Shown: positions 1-9,321 of the stretch, piece by piece
How the letters are laid out: every line of letters begins with the position of its first letter
Numbering within the stretch: position 1 is the stretch's first letter
Source of the DNA: Candidatus Bathyarchaeum sp.
Lineage (GTDB): Archaea > Thermoproteota > Bathyarchaeia > Bathyarchaeales > Bathyarchaeaceae
Direction of reading: 5' to 3'
Assembly: GCA_016930555.1 (NCBI GenBank)
Contig: JAFGGM010000051.1
Location: 4,715-68,714 of the forward strand
DNA length: 64,000 nt
Made by a program: the position numbers and the translations under genes
Notes under the pieces: model-generated
What the model was told of the DNA's origin: nothing
Databases searched by the model: none
Seen by the model: only the letters and a program-made list of their open reading frames with translations

Positions 1-428
1 AGAAAGCCCTAAAGAAGCTAGAGGACCTGTTTCTTGAACTCACAAACATAAAAGCTGTTGAGTACGCGGATGAACTTCCGGAATTTGAGGCTAAGCAGTG
101 GGCAATAGCTTCTGAAGGTAAAGTGCAGGTTTTGCTTGAAAGAACTCGTGACGATGCCCTTGAGGGAGAAGGTCTTATGCGGGACCTAGCCCGCCGAGTG
201 CAAGCTCTCAGGAGAGACTTGGGATTTTCGCCCACTGACATAGTTGAGGCAGTTCATGTTGCGAAACTGGATGACAAAGATATGGAGCTTCTGAATCCTT
301 TCCTCACTGAAATGGAGGGGCTTGTGAGAGCCAAAACGGTTCAAGTTCACGGAGAAAGGGTTAAGGTTGATGCTGAATGGCATGAAAGCAAGCTAGACAA
401 AAAGAAAGTATACGTTGCTGTCTTGTAG
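1..428 (+). CDS. ileS: Isoleucyl-tRNA synthetase, C-terminal fragment (5' end outside window)
   Basis: Frame 3 is open from base 3 to the TAG at 426-428. The translation ...DDALEGEGLMRDLARRVQALRRDLGFSPTDIV... matches the conserved EG-x-x-RE-x-x-R-x-IQ-x-x-RK C-terminal segment of IleRS. Recognised from memory of the family. Confidence 0.6.
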   Translation, partial: KALKKLEDLFLELTNIKAVEYADELPEFEAKQWAIASEGKVQVLLERTRDDALEGEGLMRDLARRVQALRRDLGFSPTDIVEAVHVAKLDDKDMELLNPFLTEMEGLVRAKTVQVHGERVKVDAEWHESKLDKKKVYVAVL

Positions 429-533
429 AAACTAATCTAATTCATCACTCGATTCGGCTTCGGATGCCTAAACATATTAAGTTTTGTTGCTACCTAATTC
501 TATGAACAGAAATAAAGGGCAGTCTGAGGAGAT

Positions 534-1499
534 TTGGTAACCTTGGATGAAATCAAGTTTGGAGTGTTTCTTCCCTTTTACTCATTCAGAAACACGGAAA
601 GCGATTCACTATTCAATCGCATCTTGAGTATTACCCAAGAATGTGAAAGGCTAGGATACTATTCGGTTTTGTTGGATGACCATCTAATGTTCAACAACAT
701 GCCGATTCTTGAGTGCTGGACAACCCTCTCAGCCCTCTCTTCAGCAACTGAAAAGATACGACTAGGAACAATGGTAACCTGTAACGGCTTCAGAAACCCC
801 GCTTTGCTCGCCAAAATGGCTGCAACCGTAGACAACATCTCAGATGGAAGATTGGAGCTGGCGATTGGAGCAGGAGTCCAACAGAACGAGCACAACGCCT
901 ATGGATTCCCGTTTCCTTCAACAAAAGCTAGAATCGAAAAATTGAATGAGGCTGTGGAAATCATAAAAAAGCTGTGGACGCACGAAAAAGCAAGCTACTA
1001 CGGGAAACATCACACTATACTTGATGCTGTTTGTGAACCTAAGCCAGTGCAGAAGCCCCATCCTCCAATAACCATAGGTGGCGGAGGAGAAAAACTGACA
1101 ATGAAGGTGACCGCCCAACATGCTGACAGATACGACTGGGGATATCTTTCCACCATAGACACGTACAAGCACAAGTTGAAGGTTCTTGAAAACAACTGTG
1201 ACACAGTAGGCAGAAGCTTTGAAGACATCGAAAAGTCATGCTGGCCTGCAGGACAAATATTCATTGGAAAAGACAAAAAAGAGCTGAAAAAGAAAATGGT
1301 ACAATGGTTGCCAAAGGGTGTTTCTCTGGAAGATTTTATGAAAACAAGTTTCGTGGGCACTCCTGAAGACTTTATCAAACAATTGCAACAATATTTGAAC
1401 CTGAATGTAACACATTTTATGCTGTTTTTTGGTGATATTCCCGACATTGAAGGGGTCAGGGTCTTCGCTGAAAACGTAGTTCATCAAATCAATAATTAG
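534..1499 (+). CDS. LLM-class (luciferase-like) flavin/F420-dependent oxidoreductase
   Basis: 321 aa with a TTG start. The N-terminus (FGVFLP...LGYYSVLLDDHLM) and the length are typical of luciferase-like monooxygenase-family oxidoreductases. Confidence 0.7.
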   Translation: MVTLDEIKFGVFLPFYSFRNTESDSLFNRILSITQECERLGYYSVLLDDHLMFNNMPILECWTTLSALSSATEKIRLGTMVTCNGFRNPALLAKMAATVDNISDGRLELAIGAGVQQNEHNAYGFPFPSTKARIEKLNEAVEIIKKLWTHEKASYYGKHHTILDAVCEPKPVQKPHPPITIGGGGEKLTMKVTAQHADRYDWGYLSTIDTYKHKLKVLENNCDTVGRSFEDIEKSCWPAGQIFIGKDKKELKKKMVQWLPKGVSLEDFMKTSFVGTPEDFIKQLQQYLNLNVTHFMLFFGDIPDIEGVRVFAENVVHQINN

Positions 1500-1557
1500 A
1501 TTTCTGAAAACAGTTCACGCCATCATGTGGCTTCGAATGTTGTATAAAAAAGGTGAA

Positions 1558-2742
1558 TCACATTGGAACCACGGACAGAATGAAGACAGCAAGGAGAACG
1601 ATGGCGCCAATTTTTCTACTGGTTGTGATTTTTGAAACATCGTCTAGGGGACCTGGATGCTTAGCTGCAGAGAAGAAGAGGGCTAGGACAGCCATTGTCC
1701 ACCATCCAATTAGGACTAACAAAACGATTCCTGCGTATGAAATAGTTTGGTGTGCCTTATTCCCCATTAAGCTACGGGCAACGTGACCTCCATCAAACAT
1801 TCCTGAAGGAACCAAGTTAAGCATAGTCACGACCATACCAACCCAGCCAGCGAAGACTATAGGATTTGGTGATAACGTGACACCTGCTGGAGCACTAGGC
1901 GGGAACAAGAAAATTATGAAACGGTACATTAAAGGGTACACTCCGCCTAATTCTGTACCTATTACTGTTGGATCTTGTACAACTTGGAAAGGTAACTGTA
2001 TCCCCAATATCATGACTATTACAGCTATTATGAAACCTGTTATTGGTCCTGTGAAGCCTATGTCGAAAAGGGCGTCCCTATTTGGCGGAATAGCTTTCTG
2101 TCGGATAACGGCTCCAAATGTGCCAATACCTAAAGGCGGTGGAGGGCTTGGAATAAAATACGGATACGTGGCGTCCACATCATGTTTGTCTGCAAGTAGT
2201 TTGTGTCCCATCTCATGAGAACCGAGTATAGCCATGATCGCACCCGTAAACAGCAAGGCACCAAGTATGTCTGTATCTGACAGGATGTATCCTGATAAGA
2301 AAACAGTTCCTAGCGTTGCAAAAAACAGCACGACATTTATTATGTTCCGGTTGGGTTTTACGGGCGGTTTTGCCACAACTCGGAGTACAAACTTTTTGTT
2401 TTCCTTTCTGAGAAGGGGAATAAACTTTATAGGTTCCAACTGTTGCACAAGCCTCAGGAAAGCTTTCTTCGTGTCTTCTGTGTGTCGTAAATAAAATGTT
2501 GGGATATCGTGGTCAACGAAGCTTTCTTCTACATCAAATTCTGAATCAACCATGATTTGAATTTGTTCAAAAGTTGGCAAATAATCAGGGTCATCGACGT
2601 AATCGTCCGCAGATGCACAGCACATGTTGACCTCGTATTGAAGCCGATTAGAGGTATTAGAATGTTGTGTAAAATAGTTACCAGTCCCCCGCGAATAGGT
2701 AAATTCATTGAATTCAGCCATGATTTTGATGGACACATACAT
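1558..2742 (-). CDS. Site-2 protease family (peptidase M50) membrane metalloprotease
   Basis: 394 aa with an HExxH motif (GSHEMGHKL) embedded in several hydrophobic segments. The start may instead be the internal MAEFNEF at 2721. Confidence 0.7.
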   Translation of the reverse strand: MYVSIKIMAEFNEFTYSRGTGNYFTQHSNTSNRLQYEVNMCCASADDYVDDPDYLPTFEQIQIMVDSEFDVEESFVDHDIPTFYLRHTEDTKKAFLRLVQQLEPIKFIPLLRKENKKFVLRVVAKPPVKPNRNIINVVLFFATLGTVFLSGYILSDTDILGALLFTGAIMAILGSHEMGHKLLADKHDVDATYPYFIPSPPPPLGIGTFGAVIRQKAIPPNRDALFDIGFTGPITGFIIAVIVMILGIQLPFQVVQDPTVIGTELGGVYPLMYRFIIFLFPPSAPAGVTLSPNPIVFAGWVGMVVTMLNLVPSGMFDGGHVARSLMGNKAHQTISYAGIVLLVLIGWWTMAVLALFFSAAKHPGPLDDVSKITTSRKIGAIVLLAVFILSVVPM

Positions 2743-2976
2743 AAAACATGATGTTGCTTGATTGGGACTGAAGGATTAGATTTCGTTAGAATACTAGTTC
2801 TGTGTGCCAAATATTTTCGGGTTTCAGAATGATTGGATGCTTCATGGATAAATGTTATTAGATGATGAACGATAACGTTCTTTTGTGAGCTGAATTCAGA
2901 CTTGAAGAGCAACACTACAGGGCGCTAGATATATTAACTTGATTGTAGGGCATAAACGTTCGACAAAAAAAAGAAG

Positions 2977-4137
2977 ATGAGGAAGATGGAGCATAAAATT
3001 TCTGGTGTAGAATACATTGAATTAATCAGTGACAACCTACTAAAAATGACAAAAAAAGACCTACTTCCATTATACGAAGACCTGAAAGCTGCAGATTGTA
3101 TCGTTTGTGGTGGTTCGGGCAGATCTCTTCATTCACTGAACATTGCCATGAGCCAAATAGCTATGATGAAAGACCCAAAAGTAATCATCACCAGAGAGGA
3201 TGTTGGTTTTCCTGGAAGAGGAATGTATGACGCAGCTTCAAAAATCGAAAAGCGCCACAAAAAAATTGTTCTTCTTATCAATTCTGGAAGTGGCGAATCC
3301 GACGATCCGATACACCTTGCTGAAGAGCTGGAAAAATATTTGAAAGAAACAGGCAGCACCCACTTCACTATGGGATTGCTAACCTCAAACTCAAACTCTT
3401 CACTTGCAAAGATTGCTCAAAGGCACGGACATGTGATTACGGTTGCGGGGAGAACCAAGCAGCAAATTCCTTCATCGGATGCTTACAGTGAGACAGGAAT
3501 AATGGGTGACCTCTTTGAGCTTGGAAGCCTATTTTTGTTGCAGATGATTACTGAAGCAATAGCTGAAGATAGCCCCGTGGATAGGGTTCTGGAGCTTGTA
3601 GCTGAGGAAGCACCTGTTTTGAGGGAACTCACTGAGAAAGCGATTCATTCTAAATCTATTCATGCTGCTTTAAATATTCTTGAAAGACGCAGTGACATAT
3701 TTCTGGGTGGAAGAGGAACTGCCGAGGAGGTAGCTAAGATGACTGCTGTTCGTTTATTTCACATCAAAAAGTCTCTGGGCGATGACGTCTATATTGCTCG
3801 TGGAGTAAACACGCCTCATCCTAGGGCTGGAGACCTTGAGATTCTTGTTTCTTACTCGGGGAGAACCAAGCCTGTTGTTGGCTGGTGTAACAGATTTAAG
3901 GGTTTAGGCGGAACTGTTCTTTCAATTATTGGGCGTGATGGCACAAATCTTGACATACATTCTGATTTGAAGATACTTCTTGAGGAGACAGTTGAACCTG
4001 GTAAACCAAGAAGATTCTACATGAGAGCAGCTTATGTGCTAAGTTGCCTACCTATTCTGTTGACGGCAAGACTAAGGGAAAAAGGGCTTCTTCTGCCAGA
4101 ATACATACTCAAATGGTATCACTCTGTAATTGAGTGA
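2977..4137 (+). CDS. Tandem SIS-domain sugar-phosphate isomerase-like protein
   Basis: 386 aa with two SIS-like halves. Half 1 has CGGSGRS...LINSGSGESDD and half 2 has LGGRGTAEEVAKMTAVRLFH...LVSYSGRTKP. Each resembles the G-x-GRS / S-G-S-G-E-T pattern of 6-phospho-3-hexuloisomerase-type SIS domains. Confidence 0.5.
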   Translation: MRKMEHKISGVEYIELISDNLLKMTKKDLLPLYEDLKAADCIVCGGSGRSLHSLNIAMSQIAMMKDPKVIITREDVGFPGRGMYDAASKIEKRHKKIVLLINSGSGESDDPIHLAEELEKYLKETGSTHFTMGLLTSNSNSSLAKIAQRHGHVITVAGRTKQQIPSSDAYSETGIMGDLFELGSLFLLQMITEAIAEDSPVDRVLELVAEEAPVLRELTEKAIHSKSIHAALNILERRSDIFLGGRGTAEEVAKMTAVRLFHIKKSLGDDVYIARGVNTPHPRAGDLEILVSYSGRTKPVVGWCNRFKGLGGTVLSIIGRDGTNLDIHSDLKILLEETVEPGKPRRFYMRAAYVLSCLPILLTARLREKGLLLPEYILKWYHSVIE

Positions 4138-4181
4138 ATCCAAGAATTCACAGCCCGGAAAGAATGTTTCACTTAGACTGC

Positions 4182-5840
4182 TTAGAGTTTCTTTAGCACA
4201 CTTCCTTTATGTGCAGACTGGACAAGCTGAGAATAGCGCGCCAAATATCCCGTTTTTACGTTAGGCTCTTTTGTAGTCCAAGATTTTGCTCGCTTAGCCA
4301 GTTCTTCATCGCTCAGCTTAACGCCCAATTTTCTTTTTGGAACATCAATTTCTATTATGTCACCTTCTTCAAGTAGACCTATGGGTCCGCCGACAGCAGC
4401 CTCAGGAGCTACATGTCCGATGCATGGTCCTCTGGTTGCTCCCGAAAACCTTCCGTCAGTAATCAGGGCAACAGATTCGCTTAGCCCCATTCCCGCGATG
4501 GTTGCTGTGGGTGAAAGCATTTCCCGCATTCCTGGTCCGCCCTTTGGTCCTTCGTAACGGACAACCACGACGTCGCCTTTCTGAATTTTCTTGTTCATTA
4601 TAGCCTTCATCGCATCCTCTTCAGAGTCGAAGATTTTAGCTGGACCTTCATGAAGCATCATGTTGTCTGATATGCCCGCAGCTTTCACCACAGAGCCGTC
4701 AGGCGCCAGATTTCCTGTCAAAATTGCTATGCCACCTTCTTTATGAACAGGATTATCCAGTGGACGAATAACTTCGGGGTTAAGAACAACAGCGGATGCA
4801 ATGTTTTCTTTAACTGTTTTTCCTGTTACTGTAGCAGCGTTCAGATTAAGGGTATTCTCTAGTTGCTTCATGACTGCGGGTATTCCTCCCGCCTCATCCA
4901 ACTCTTTCATGTCGTATGGTCCACTGGGAATCATACTACAAATGTGGGAAACTCGTCTACTCAACTTGTCAAAGGTAGACAGGGGCAAGTCAACCCCTGC
5001 CTCGTTTGCAATGGCAGTAACATGTAACACAGTGTTCGTAGAGCCGCCGAGAGCCATATCCACCATAATTGCATTCTCAAAGGATCCAGGCGATAATATG
5101 TCTCTGGGCTTTAAATCTTCCTTTACCAATCCGACAACTCTCTCTCCTGTTGCTTTGGCGACTCTCAACCGCTCAGCGCTGACAGCAGGAGGCGTAGCAC
5201 ATCCAGGCAACGACATTCCTAATGCCTCTGTTACGCATGCCATAGTGTTGGCAGTAAACATGCCATTGCATGATCCACACCCTGGGCAGGCAACATCTTC
5301 AAGACACTTCAATTCTTCTTCACTCATTTTGCCTGCAGCAACTTTTCCTATAGCCTCAAACATCGAGTCTGTTCCAACTTTCTTTCCTTTGTAGAAGCCT
5401 GAAAGCATTGGACCGCCAGTAACCATTATTGCTGGGATGTTGAGTCTAGCAGCTGCCATAAGCATGCCGGGAGTTATTTTGTCGCAGGTTGTTATCAGAA
5501 CAATTCCGTCAAATCTGTGAGCTTGAACCATAACCTCAACAGAGTCAGCAATTAATTCCCGAGACGGCAAAGAATATCGCATGCCATTGTGACCCATGGC
5601 TATGCCGTCGCAGATGCCTATTGTGTTGAATTCGAAGGGAACACCTCCAGCGCTGACCACTCCCGTTTTCACGGCATCGGCTACCTGATTCAGGTGAATG
5701 TGTCCGGGAATGATGTTTGTGTAACTGTTTACTACGCCAATGAATGGTTTTTTTAGGTCGGTGTCTGAGACTCCAAGAGCCTTTAACAGGGCACGGTGAG
5801 GAGCCCTCTCAATTCCAACTTTTACTGCATCGCTTCTCAA
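4182..5840 (-). CDS. ilvD: Dihydroxy-acid dehydratase
   Basis: 552 aa with full-length IlvD/Edd-family similarity (MRSD..., [24 protein letters not shown] motifs). Confidence 0.95.
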   Translation of the reverse strand: MRSDAVKVGIERAPHRALLKALGVSDTDLKKPFIGVVNSYTNIIPGHIHLNQVADAVKTGVVSAGGVPFEFNTIGICDGIAMGHNGMRYSLPSRELIADSVEVMVQAHRFDGIVLITTCDKITPGMLMAAARLNIPAIMVTGGPMLSGFYKGKKVGTDSMFEAIGKVAAGKMSEEELKCLEDVACPGCGSCNGMFTANTMACVTEALGMSLPGCATPPAVSAERLRVAKATGERVVGLVKEDLKPRDILSPGSFENAIMVDMALGGSTNTVLHVTAIANEAGVDLPLSTFDKLSRRVSHICSMIPSGPYDMKELDEAGGIPAVMKQLENTLNLNAATVTGKTVKENIASAVVLNPEVIRPLDNPVHKEGGIAILTGNLAPDGSVVKAAGISDNMMLHEGPAKIFDSEEDAMKAIMNKKIQKGDVVVVRYEGPKGGPGMREMLSPTATIAGMGLSESVALITDGRFSGATRGPCIGHVAPEAAVGGPIGLLEEGDIIEIDVPKRKLGVKLSDEELAKRAKSWTTKEPNVKTGYLARYSQLVQSAHKGSVLKKL

Positions 5841-5993
5841 ATTTTATTCCTCTATGAGTGTTTAATAGATAGATGGCAGCTTTTCTGTTAAGTGTTTTGA
5901 CCCAATAAAGAATGTGATTGTACCTTTCGCTAGATATCTCAGACTCGTTTAGGTTAGCTTTGGAACCTTTTAAAGAAAAAGCGAGCATACATT

Positions 5994-6887
5994 TTGTTGT
6001 GTGTAAGTTTGCTTTCTGATAAAATTAGCGAAATCAAGTTAGACAGGACTAGTGGAGCTAGTCAGATTGCCCGAAAAGCTTTAGGGGTCCTCAGATTATT
6101 TGCCCAAACCAGCAAACATAAGAACTGCAGAAGGTTTAAAGAAGACTTCATTGAATTAGGCAGAAAACTTTTTGAAACAAGACCCAACATGGCACCTGTA
6201 CAAAATTTGGTGGCACAAATCGCCTACGAAGTAGACACAATAGACGAGCAGAGTCAAGTTTCTGTTCGAAAGTTTGTAGCATCTAGAATAAACAAAATGT
6301 ACAAAGAATCAGAAGTTGCCGTAAAAAAATGTGCTGAATGGGGCGCCACCATAATCGGTGATGCTGATTGTTTAGCAAGTTGCAGTGACAGTTCCACAGT
6401 TTGCGAAACATTTAGGGTAGCAAAACAGGCAGGAAAGACCTTCAAAGTTTTTGTTTCGGAGTCAAGAAGCGACGATGGCAGATTCCATTATGGCGAAATT
6501 ATGGCAGAATTCCTAAGGTCATTAGATGTTCGTGCAGAAGTTTTTCCTGACAACGAAATCCGCAATTATGTCTCAGATGCAGAATGTGTTTTGGTGGGGG
6601 CGGATAGCGTGCTTTGTGATCTGTCTGTCATAAACGGGAAGCCAACTGCTCAAGTTGCGGCTGTTGCAAAGGAATGTGGGATACCATTCTATTCTGTCTG
6701 TGAGACATCAAAGGCGAATACTCTGAGTTATCTGGGCAAAAAGGTCGAGTTGAACGAAGGCTTTGATATTACCCCGGCAAATCTGATAACCGGATTGGTA
6801 ACCGAAAGAGGACTCCTGGATGCCAACGCAATTATTGAGATTATGAAAAGCAATTCAAAGTATTTCAAAATCTTCGAAGTTACGTAA
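5994..6887 (+). CDS. eIF-2B alpha/beta/delta family protein (possible ribose-1,5-bisphosphate or MTR-1-P isomerase-like)
   Basis: 297 aa. The pattern ...CSDSSTVCETFRVAKQAGKTFKVFVSESRSDDGR...VLVGADSV...INGKPTAQVAAVAKECGIPFYSVCETSK is typical of the IF-2B family Rossmann-like domain. Confidence 0.6.
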   Translation: MLCVSLLSDKISEIKLDRTSGASQIARKALGVLRLFAQTSKHKNCRRFKEDFIELGRKLFETRPNMAPVQNLVAQIAYEVDTIDEQSQVSVRKFVASRINKMYKESEVAVKKCAEWGATIIGDADCLASCSDSSTVCETFRVAKQAGKTFKVFVSESRSDDGRFHYGEIMAEFLRSLDVRAEVFPDNEIRNYVSDAECVLVGADSVLCDLSVINGKPTAQVAAVAKECGIPFYSVCETSKANTLSYLGKKVELNEGFDITPANLITGLVTERGLLDANAIIEIMKSNSKYFKIFEVT

Positions 6888-7657
6888 TGGCGAAAGCTGT
6901 TTATATCATTTTTTTGCATTATGTAAAAAACGTAACCGTAGTAATCAGAGTATTTTCTGAACATCTCAATTTCTGTTTCTTCATAGGCTATAACCTTCAA
7001 TGCTTCTTGATCATCTTTGAATCTGGTTTTCAATGAAGGGAGTTTTGTCTCTATCGGCGTAAAGTAATTGCCCCACCAACTTATTGAGGGAAGAACAAAA
7101 GAGTCAACTAACCTGTATCTGCTGTTTTGGATAATCTCAATATTTCCTTCTATCGTTTTAATGACTGGATACATCTGTTTCATGTAATCTTTTGCTTCTT
7201 GAGGGGCACCATCTTTTAGCCATGACAGTTCCGAAACAACAACATACCCCTTTGGAGTCAGCAACCGCCTCCATTCTCGCAACCCTTTCTCAAAACCGAT
7301 AATGAAGATTGCTCCCTCAGACCAAATAACATCAAAGCTATCATCTTCAAATTTTAGGTTGCGCATATCTCCATTTACTATCTTGATTCTATGGTTGGCA
7401 CCCTCTTTTTTTATTGACTCTTCAAGTTGCTCCAAGAATGGCTTATGAAAATCAAAAGCAACAATTTGTCCATCAGACAGCTTTGCCAACTCAACTGTCT
7501 GCATTCCTGGACCGCAACCAACATCTAGTATACGCGGATTTTTTGGCAAATCCTTGAGCAGTTTGTAGGCTTTTCCTGTTGACATGTTATCTCCTGGGCC
7601 TTGTCTGGAGAGCCCATTATGTATTGTCCAAAAGAATTCAGGTAATTTTTCGCTCAT
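6728..7657 (-). CDS. Class I SAM-dependent methyltransferase (3' end doubtful)
   Basis: SAM-binding motif ILDVGCGPGMQT. The family-like part ends near ...YVFYIMQKN (about 250 aa). The last 59 codons run antisense through the 3' end of the neighbouring gene (see findings). Confidence 0.8.
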   Translation of the reverse strand: MSEKLPEFFWTIHNGLSRQGPGDNMSTGKAYKLLKDLPKNPRILDVGCGPGMQTVELAKLSDGQIVAFDFHKPFLEQLEESIKKEGANHRIKIVNGDMRNLKFEDDSFDVIWSEGAIFIIGFEKGLREWRRLLTPKGYVVVSELSWLKDGAPQEAKDYMKQMYPVIKTIEGNIEIIQNSRYRLVDSFVLPSISWWGNYFTPIETKLPSLKTRFKDDQEALKVIAYEETEIEMFRKYSDYYGYVFYIMQKNDINSFRHYVTSKILKYFELLFIISIIALASRSPLSVTNPVIRFAGVISKPSFNSTFLPR

Positions 7658-7784
7658 TTTAGTGTCACTTAAATTGATACAAGATATTAGATTACACAGA
7701 AAAACATTTATATTTACGGTAAAGTTGTTGTGGTAAAACGAGGAATGAATCGTGAGGGATCATTGGGTTTTCGAGGAGTATAAA

Positions 7785-9321
7785 ATGGGGGATCGCTTTA
7801 TCCACTAGCTTCCCCAAAGCGATAAAATTTTTTGACACCACCCTCAGAGACGGCGAACAGACTCCTGGAGTCTCTTTAACTCCTGAAAAAAAGCTTAGAA
7901 TTGCCGAGAGCCTAGATGTGCTCGGAGTCAACGCCATAGAGGCTGGTTTTGCTGCAGCTTCTGAGGGTGAACTAGAAGCAATAAAACTAATTGCAGATGC
8001 AGGACTCAAGGTGCAAGTCTACAGCATGGCTCGAGGAGTAACGAACGATATAGATGCTGTGTTGAAAACTGGAGCCATAGGAGTGCATCTGGTTATTCCT
8101 TCTTCAGATTTACATCTGAAATACAAATTGAAAAAGACACGAGAAGACATTCTGAAAATCACAGAAGACACAACCCAATACGCTAAGGACCATGGCTTAA
8201 AAGTTGAGCTTTCAGCTGAGGACGCTACAAGAAGCGACCTAGACTTTCTCACCCAAATGTTCAAGGCAGGAGTTGCTGCAGGCGCAGATAGGCTATGCCC
8301 ATGCGACACTGTAGGAGTTCTGATACCTGAAAGAACCATTGAACTATTTTCTGAACTGAAAAAAAGAATCAGTAATGTGCCCCTAAGCGTCCACTGCCAT
8401 GACGACTTTGGTTTAGCCGTGGCTAACTCCATAATTGCCCTAAAATCTGGTGCTGATCAGACACACGTTACGATGAATGGGTTAGGCGAGCGTGCTGGAA
8501 ATGCTTCCTTGGAGGAGCTGGCGGTTGTCCTCAAAGCACAATATAAAGTGAATTTGGCGATTAAAACTGAGCTGCTGTATGAGACATCTCTTCTGGTTTC
8601 GCGGATAACCGATTTTCCGTTACAGCCTAACAAGGCAATCGTAGGCGAGAACGCCTTTGTTCATGAGTCAGGGATGCACACACATGGGATATTATCTAAT
8701 CCCGCAACTTATGAGCCCTTCAATCCTGATATAATTGGGCGCACAAGACGGATTGCTTCAGGTAAACACTCGGGTTCAACTGGAATCAGGGCATCGTTGA
8801 TGGAGATGGGATTTGACCCCAATGATGAGCAGCTTAAAGAAATCTTTCAACGAGTGAAAAGTATAGGAGACAAAGGCAAGCGTGTAGCTGACGCTGACCT
8901 TCAGGCAATCGCTGAATTAATTATGGGTTTGCCTGCGATTCGTCCAATAAAACTTGAAGAAATTACAGTCGTAACAGGCAGCAGAGTTACTTCAACGGCT
9001 TCTGTGAGGCTAAACCTTAATGGTAAGATGCTTACAGAAGCGGCTACGGGAGTAGGTCCAGTGGACGCTGCCATCAGCGCCATAAAAAAGGCGGTTGGAA
9101 TTGTTGAGCCGATACAACTGGATAATTATTCTGTCAAGGCCATCACTGGAGGCACTAACGCTGTGACTGAGGTAGCTGTGAGCATAAGCAAAGGCGACCG
9201 AAAAGCTACAGCCATCGGTGTTAACGAGGACATCGTCATAGCAAGCGTTGAGGCAATGCTCAGCGGCATGAACGTACTGATGACAAATCATAATAACAAA
9301 GAATTTAAGGAGAAATCTTGA
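7785..9321 (+). CDS. 2-isopropylmalate synthase / (R)-citramalate synthase with C-terminal LeuA-type regulatory domain; start disrupted by a frame problem
   Basis: The conserved FDTTLRDGEQTPGVSLT motif is encoded at 7831-7881 in frame 1, upstream of the tracked GVG start at 7918. The catalytic TIM-barrel motifs and a C-terminal allosteric-type domain are present. The only nearby ATG (7785) is in another frame. Confidence 0.85.

Noticed and set aside
7692-8009. A 105-aa minus-strand ORF upstream of the tracked cimA/leuA start.
   Set aside because: It is antisense to the region encoding the conserved FDTTLRDGEQ...LGVNAIEAGF N-terminus of the synthase. It is the shadow of the real gene's 5' end.
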